From the NCBI GenBank assembly GCA_017430455.1, contig JAFRMX010000010.1:40777-104776 (forward strand): DNA of 64,000 bases. Reading direction: 5' to 3'. The position numbers and the translations under genes are program-made. The notes beneath the pieces are model-generated. The model worked only from the letters and a program-made list of their open reading frames with translations. It ran no database searches and was not told the origin of the DNA. Source of the stretch: Oscillospiraceae bacterium (GTDB lineage Bacteria > Bacillota > Clostridia > Oscillospirales > Oscillospiraceae). Shown here one piece after another: positions 58,644 through 64,000 of this stretch (position 1 is the first letter of the stretch; each line of letters begins with the position of its first letter).

Positions 58644-60359
58644 TTATTTCTTTTTGTTCGGAATATGTATTGCTCTTCCTTCTGCCGCCATAACGCACTC
58701 TGAGAGCGCTTCGGAAACAGTGGGATGACAATGTATGGTCCCGATAATCTCATCGGCTGTCGCCTCAAGCTTTATAGCAAGGGCAGCCTCTTCAATGATC
58801 TCGGTCGCACCGGAGGCGAGCATATGAACGCCAAGGATCTCGCCGTATCTGGAACCGACAAGGACTTTTACGAGTCCGTCGGTCTCACCAACGGCAAGAC
58901 TTCTGCCGTTCGCGCTGGTTGGGAACTTTCCGACCTTGTAATCAAGCCCGAGCTCCTTTGCTTTATCCTCGGTAAAGCCGACGCCCGCGATCTCGGGGCC
59001 TATATAGGCGCAGGAGGGGCTTGAGGAGACATCAAATGTCCTGCAAAGACCCATAGCGTTTTCGGCTGCGATCTCACCCATCGCGATCGCGGCATGGGCG
59101 TACATCATCTTGCCTGTAACGTCACCTATCGCATATACTCCGGGGACATTCGTCTCGAGCCGGTCATTGACCTGTATGAAGCCTTTGTCTGCCTTGATTC
59201 CAGCAGCCTCAAGGCCGAGAGCAGCGCTGTCCGCTCCTCTTCCGACACACACCAGGACCTTCTCCGCTTCAAATTCCTTCTCGCCGTCTTCGGTACCAAC
59301 TTTGACAAGCGCTCCTTTTTCGGTCTCCTCAACAGATTTTACTTCGGCTGAAGTAAGAATATCAAGGCCGTCTTTTCTGAGCTTTGCAAGCAGCATGCCT
59401 GTAAGTTCGCTGTCCATACCGGGCAGTATACCGGGCATTTTCTCCACCACGGTCACCTTCGCGCCGTATCTGGAGTAAACGGTTCCGAGCTCAAGACCTA
59501 CGACTCCGGCGCCTATAACAACCAGACTTTCCGGAATATGATCAAGCGAAAGGCACGCTGTGGAATCTATGCAGGCCTTATTATCTTTGACTCCCGGGAT
59601 GCCCGGGATTATCGGATATGAGCCTGCAGCTATTATTATCTTGTCTGCAGTGTATGTTTCGCCGTTTGCCTTTACTGTCTTGGGTCCGACAAATGATGCT
59701 TCTCCGGCTACAACTTTTATCTTATTTGCCTTGCAGAGTGCCTTTACACCGGATGTGAGCTTCTCAACAACACTTGCCCTGTATGCCTGGACCTTCTCCC
59801 AATCGACCGAGACGTCGTTTCCGACTATTCCTATGTCAGCCGAACCTGTCGCTTTTGCGTAGATTTCACTTGTGTGCAGCATCGCCTTGGTCGGGATACA
59901 TCCGCGATTTAAGCATGTCCCTCCGACTTCAGCTTTTTCAAACAGAGTAACCTTCGCGCCGAGCTGAGCCGCTCTTATAGCAGCCACATATCCGCCGGGA
60001 CCGGCGCCTATTACCAGAACAGTACCTGCTGCCGGAGCTTTCTCTTCCGCCTTGGGAGCTGCTGCCTCGGCCGGAGCTTCAGCTTTCTCTGCGGCGGGAG
60101 CTGCTTCGGGAACACTCTCACCTGCAGCCCCGAGCCAGCCTATAACTTCTTTGCAAGGGGCATCATCGCCATCTTTTACGAGGATCTTGAGCAGGATCCC
60201 GTCTTCCTCGGCTTCAATATCGTTTGTAAGCTTATCCGTTGCAACCGAGAAAAGGATCTCGCCTTTTTTGACCTCATCGCCCTCTTTTTTCTTCCATTCT
60301 TCTATAGTTCCTTCGGTCATCGTAAGGCCGAGTTTGGGCATCAGTATTGCAGTTGCCAT
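58644..60359 (-). CDS. Dihydrolipoyl dehydrogenase (E3) with a fused N-terminal lipoyl domain
   Basis: Lipoyl motif SVATDKLTNDIEA, Ala/Pro linker, GAGPGGY FAD motif, redox disulfide GGTCLNRGCIPTK, C-terminal HCHPTVSE. Confidence 0.9.
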   Translation of the reverse strand: MATAILMPKLGLTMTEGTIEEWKKKEGDEVKKGEILFSVATDKLTNDIEAEEDGILLKILVKDGDDAPCKEVIGWLGAAGESVPEAAPAAEKAEAPAEAAAPKAEEKAPAAGTVLVIGAGPGGYVAAIRAAQLGAKVTLFEKAEVGGTCLNRGCIPTKAMLHTSEIYAKATGSADIGIVGNDVSVDWEKVQAYRASVVEKLTSGVKALCKANKIKVVAGEASFVGPKTVKANGETYTADKIIIAAGSYPIIPGIPGVKDNKACIDSTACLSLDHIPESLVVIGAGVVGLELGTVYSRYGAKVTVVEKMPGILPGMDSELTGMLLAKLRKDGLDILTSAEVKSVEETEKGALVKVGTEDGEKEFEAEKVLVCVGRGADSAALGLEAAGIKADKGFIQVNDRLETNVPGVYAIGDVTGKMMYAHAAIAMGEIAAENAMGLCRTFDVSSSPSCAYIGPEIAGVGFTEDKAKELGLDYKVGKFPTSANGRSLAVGETDGLVKVLVGSRYGEILGVHMLASGATEIIEEAALAIKLEATADEIIGTIHCHPTVSEALSECVMAAEGRAIHIPNKKK

Positions 60360-60372
60360 GTTTTTTGCCTCC

Positions 60373-61704
60373 TTAAGCCAACATCAGAGCAGGATTTTCC
60401 AGCAGATTCTTCACCCTCTGAAGGAATTCCGCCGCCGTGGCTCCGTCTATGATACGGTGGTCGGCCGTGAGTGACAGCGTCATCATCGGGCGGATCACTA
60501 TCTCGCCGTTTCTCACCACAGCCTTGTCCTCCATGGTCGTGAGACCAAGGATCGCGACTTCGGGCTGGTTGATGATCGGAGTGAAGCTGTCGATACCGTA
60601 CATTCCGAGGTTCGTGATCGTGAATGTACCGCCCTTCAAAGCCTCCATCGGGAGCTTGCCGGACCTCGCCTGCTCGGCAAAGGTCTTTACCTCATCATGG
60701 ATCTCGGTCAGGCTCTTCTTGTCACAGTCTTTGATATTCGGAACGAGAAGTCCGTCATCGATCGCAACAGCAACGCCCATATTGACATAGTGTTTCAGGA
60801 TGATGCTGTTTCCGTCAACCGATGCGTTGAGTATCGGGAACTCGGTCAGCGCCTTGGCTACGAATTTGACAACAAGATCGTTGTAGCTGACCTTGATCTC
60901 TTTCGCTTTCAGCATCTCCCTGTATTTCTTCATCTCGGACATGTCAACGGCAAGGTTGAATGTAACCGTCGGGGAGGTCTGTACCGAAGCGAGCATGTTT
61001 TTGGCTATGGCCTTGCGCATGCCGCTCATCTTCTTTACTTCCTCGAGAGGATTGGAAGGAACTTCCTCTTCCGCTTTTTCGCGTGTCTCCTCAAGATACG
61101 CGTATATATCCTCAGCGAGAACTCTGCCGCAGTGGCGGCCCTTTACCGATGCCAGATCTATGCCGATATCGGAAGCAACTTTTTCAGCCAGAGGAGAAGC
61201 CTTTACTTCGTTTGCAGGCGCTTTCATAACTGCTGCGGGAACATAGGAAAGAACATCTTTTGATGTCACATAACCTCTCGCGCCGCTTGCAGGTACAAGA
61301 CCCAGATCTATTCCCTTTTCCTTAGCAAGCTTTCTTGCATAAGGCATGGCAGGAATGAATCCGCCTTCAGCCTTAACAGAAACTGCTGCCTGTTCCGGGG
61401 CGAAAGCTTCTGTTTCGGGAGTTGCCTGTACTGCAGGTGTTTCTCCGTCTCCGGGGACAACCTCACCGGGAGCACCTATCCAGGCTATGACTGCCTTGCA
61501 TGGAGCATCCTCGCCTTCACCCACCAGGATCTTCAGAAGCACACCGTCTGCCTCGGCTTCAATATCATTTGTAAGCTTGTCTGTCGCGACAGAGAAAAGG
61601 ATCTCTCCTTTTTTTACCTCATCGCCTTCTTTTTTCTTCCATTCTTCGATGGTGCCTTCGGTCATCGTAAGGCCGAGTTTAGGCATTAACACTTTTTCAG
61701 CCAT
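60373..61704 (-). CDS. Dihydrolipoamide acyltransferase (E2)
   Basis: Lipoyl domain, peripheral subunit-binding domain (ARKLAKEKGIDL), and a catalytic domain with DHRIIDGA. Confidence 0.9.
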   Translation of the reverse strand: MAEKVLMPKLGLTMTEGTIEEWKKKEGDEVKKGEILFSVATDKLTNDIEAEADGVLLKILVGEGEDAPCKAVIAWIGAPGEVVPGDGETPAVQATPETEAFAPEQAAVSVKAEGGFIPAMPYARKLAKEKGIDLGLVPASGARGYVTSKDVLSYVPAAVMKAPANEVKASPLAEKVASDIGIDLASVKGRHCGRVLAEDIYAYLEETREKAEEEVPSNPLEEVKKMSGMRKAIAKNMLASVQTSPTVTFNLAVDMSEMKKYREMLKAKEIKVSYNDLVVKFVAKALTEFPILNASVDGNSIILKHYVNMGVAVAIDDGLLVPNIKDCDKKSLTEIHDEVKTFAEQARSGKLPMEALKGGTFTITNLGMYGIDSFTPIINQPEVAILGLTTMEDKAVVRNGEIVIRPMMTLSLTADHRIIDGATAAEFLQRVKNLLENPALMLA

Positions 61705-61727
61705 CGTACTCTCCTTTCATTCAGAAC

Positions 61728-62702
61728 TCAAAGAACACCCTTGATTCCGTTTACGAGATCCTCCGGGTAGACCCTGTACATCTTCTCAAGTGTGGGTGCA
61801 AACGGTATCGGAGTGAACGGGGCGCCATAGCGGAGAACGGGAGCGTCAAGATACTCGAGCGCCTCCTCGGCGACCGTTGCCGCGACTTCAGCAAGAGCGC
61901 CGCCCTGCTTAACGGACTCGGCAACCAGGCAGAGTCTGTGTGTTTTCTTTACGGAATTTATTACGGTCTCTTTGTCCCACGGAGAGAGAGTGATAAGATC
62001 TATTACTTCTGCCTTGATTCCATCTTTCTCAAGAAGATCTGCAGCAGCTCTGGCGTTCTTCATACCTATGGAGTATGAGACGATTGTCACGTCAGTGCCT
62101 TCACGCTCAACTCTCGCCTTGCCTATCACATAGGGGACCTCATCTTCCTTCTCTGGAACCTCACCGGTCTCCTTGTAGAGGACCTTGTTCTCGAAGTAGA
62201 GGACCGGGTCGTCACACTCAATGGCGGCTTTAAGGACCATCTTCGCGTCATAGGGGTTCGACGGGGCAACAACTTTTATACCCGGAATGTGGATAAAGAA
62301 ACTCTCAAGGCTCTGGCTGTGCTGGGCGGCTCCGCCTCCGGCCATTCCGTCGGGAGCGCGCAGAACAAGAGGAATCTTCGCCTGGCCGCCGAACATGTAA
62401 CGGATCTTTGCCATCTGGTTTATGATCTCGTCTCCGCAGACTCCTATGAAGTCCGCAAAGTGCATGTCAACAACGGGTCTGGCTCCGGCAAGCGCGGCTC
62501 CGACGCCTCCTCCGACTATGAAGGTCTCGGAGATCGGAGTGTCGATAACTCTGCCGGGGAACTCATCGGGAAGGCCCTTGAACTGGCCGAAAATACCGCC
62601 CTGGCGGGCAATGTCTTCGCCCATTACGAACACTTCCGGGTATTTCTCCATTTCTTCGGCCATGGCCTCGCGTGTAGCTTCTGAAAATGTAATTTTACGC
62701 AT
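61728..62702 (-). CDS. 2-oxoacid (acetoin/pyruvate-type) dehydrogenase E1 beta subunit
   Basis: MRKITFSEATREAMAEEM... is typical of the E1-beta N-terminus. The start was chosen 9 nt after the GAGGAGG RBS. Confidence 0.9.
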   Translation of the reverse strand: MRKITFSEATREAMAEEMEKYPEVFVMGEDIARQGGIFGQFKGLPDEFPGRVIDTPISETFIVGGGVGAALAGARPVVDMHFADFIGVCGDEIINQMAKIRYMFGGQAKIPLVLRAPDGMAGGGAAQHSQSLESFFIHIPGIKVVAPSNPYDAKMVLKAAIECDDPVLYFENKVLYKETGEVPEKEDEVPYVIGKARVEREGTDVTIVSYSIGMKNARAAADLLEKDGIKAEVIDLITLSPWDKETVINSVKKTHRLCLVAESVKQGGALAEVAATVAEEALEYLDAPVLRYGAPFTPIPFAPTLEKMYRVYPEDLVNGIKGVL

Positions 62703-62716
62703 TGTCATTCTCCTCC

Positions 62717-63688
62717 TCAATCGACATAGACATCGGTAATGTATTCCGAAGGATCGGGGTACTCGCAGCTGACTGCGTACTCCTTGGCCTTTTTGATCTT
62801 TTCGACGGCGTCCGCTCTGATCTGATCGAGCTCGGCCTGTTCGAAGCTTATGCCCTCCGGAAGGATCCCAAGGAAGTGGGTCAGAGGATCCGTGTCGTGG
62901 AAGATCTGCATCGTCTCTTCCTTTTTGCGGTATTTCTCCGGGTCGCCCACGAAGTGGCCTTCGATGCGGTATGTCTTTGCCTCGATGAATGTCGGGCCCT
63001 CGCCCCTGCGTGCGCGCGCTACAGCCTCAACTGCCGCATCATAGACCTCGAATACGTTCTGTCCGTTGACTACGACACCGGGCATGTTGTAGCCCTTCGC
63101 GCGGTCGGAGATGTTCTCGACTGCTGTTGTCGTGCGGTACGGGGTCGTGGATGCCCAGCAGTTCATCTCGTTTACGAATATGACCGGCAGTTTCCAGGCA
63201 GCTGCCACGTTTGCGGCCTCATGGAAGGTTCCGCGGTTTGAAGCGCCGTCTCCGAAGAACACTACCGATACCCTGTCGTTCTTCAAAACCATCTTGCTCG
63301 CCAGAGCAGCGCCGGTCGCAAGGTTGTAGCCTCCGCCGACAACGCCGTTCGCCCCCAGCATGCCGATCTTGAAGTCCGCAATATGCATACTTCCGCCTTT
63401 GCCGTGGCATAGGCCTTCTTTCTTTCCGAAGATCTCAGCCATCATCGCGTTGACATCCGCGCCCTTCGCGATGCAGTGGCCGTGCCCTCTGTGCGTGCTC
63501 TCGATCATATCATCGTCTCTCAGAGCCGCACAGATACCTGTTCCGATCGCTTCCTCACCTATATAGAGGTGGACAAAGCCCGGGATCTCACCGGCCAGAA
63601 AATCTCTCTTTACGGACTCTTCAAAGGCGCGGATCGTCGCCATGGTCTCGTAAAATTTTCTGGCCTGTTCTTTTGTGACTGTTGCCAT
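62717..63688 (-). CDS. 2-oxoacid (acetoin/pyruvate-type) dehydrogenase E1 alpha subunit, TPP-dependent
   Basis: TPP motif region GDGASNRGTFHEAANVAA...VNEMN. The start is at the ATG after the AAGGAG RBS (MATVTKEQ...). Confidence 0.9.
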   Translation of the reverse strand: MATVTKEQARKFYETMATIRAFEESVKRDFLAGEIPGFVHLYIGEEAIGTGICAALRDDDMIESTHRGHGHCIAKGADVNAMMAEIFGKKEGLCHGKGGSMHIADFKIGMLGANGVVGGGYNLATGAALASKMVLKNDRVSVVFFGDGASNRGTFHEAANVAAAWKLPVIFVNEMNCWASTTPYRTTTAVENISDRAKGYNMPGVVVNGQNVFEVYDAAVEAVARARRGEGPTFIEAKTYRIEGHFVGDPEKYRKKEETMQIFHDTDPLTHFLGILPEGISFEQAELDQIRADAVEKIKKAKEYAVSCEYPDPSEYITDVYVD

Positions 63689-63749
63689 AAAAACCACTCC
63701 TTACTTCTGTTTATATAAATTTAAATTGATTTCGAATCCGATCCGGGCA

Positions 63750-64000
63750 TTAAAGCTGCCCGGGTGAGAAAAGCATAAGCCCCGAAGGTTCATGGAGCTT
63801 TCTCCCCATATCTATGTCCTCGACCTCCGCGATTATGCCGTCAACGGTAATAAGCACTTTGGTCCCTTCAATGAGGTGTCCTCCGTATACTGTTCCGTTT
63901 TTGTCGCTGAAATTGACGTGGACGTGAAGGTTAATATTGCCTTCGGCGTCATGGCAGATAATGCCCGAGGCAGCCGTAAGCTCCAATACCTCGTCAACTT
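63750..64000 (-). CDS. PPC (DUF296) domain protein, partial (5' end outside the window)
   Basis: ELTAASGIICHDAEGNINLHVHVNFSDKNGTVYGGHLIEGTKV matches the PPC/DUF296 core. The frame stays open to the window edge. Confidence 0.65.
   Translation of the reverse strand, partial: VDEVLELTAASGIICHDAEGNINLHVHVNFSDKNGTVYGGHLIEGTKVLITVDGIIAEVEDIDMGRKLHEPSGLMLFSPGQL

Noticed and set aside
58644-63688. Assigning the 2-oxoacid dehydrogenase complex specifically as acoABCL or pdhABCD
   Set aside because: The gene order (E1alpha-E1beta-E2-E3) and the lipoylated E3 fit acetoin dehydrogenase systems. Pyruvate or branched-chain specificity cannot be excluded from sequence reading alone, so the gene symbols were left blank.

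Overview
This is a 64-kb chromosomal segment with the look of an anaerobic Firmicute (Clostridia; GC about 50-55% by eye, strong GGAGG ribosome-binding sites, many overlapping stop/start junctions). All product calls come from reading the supplied translations for family motifs. No database search was possible.

Most of the window is housekeeping:
- an MFS transporter divergent from a partial GH31-like gene
- a PlsC-like acyltransferase and a DUF1846 protein
- small hydrolases
- an HtrA protease, histidine kinase and response regulator operon
- hpf, an LRR surface protein, glyQS, nadE
- tRNA-Ala, tRNA-Glu and tRNA-Met
- coaX with an ECF S component
- membrane pyrophosphatase (hppA), CapA, a heterodimeric ABC exporter
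- pgk-tpiA-eno
- an ECF transporter with a fused double ATPase behind a riboswitch-like leader
- a C69 dipeptidase, a TIGR01212 radical SAM protein, a threonine-dehydrogenase-like Zn-ADH
- a four-gene 2-oxoacid/acetoin dehydrogenase complex

Three things stand out.
1. Three intergenic elements (about 1938-2157, 9176-9655 and 56502-56718) are homologous in scaffold and architecture. Each carries its own private 8-11 nt word, repeated 8 to 16 times in both orientations.
2. A LysR-controlled cluster (33919-44106) combines two 2-hydroxyacyl-CoA-dehydratase/benzoyl-CoA-reductase-family subunits with an orphan HypA nickel chaperone and two inverted paralogous Fe-S flavoproteins of about 920 aa. No ATP-dependent activator and no CoA-transferase are visible in the window.
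3. A truncated mini-enolase that lacks the catalytic barrel is translationally coupled to a lipoprotein.

A low-GC remnant of an integrated element (integrase fragment plus ECF sigma/anti-sigma pair) sits beside tRNA-Ala. No CRISPR array, rRNA or intact mobile element was seen.
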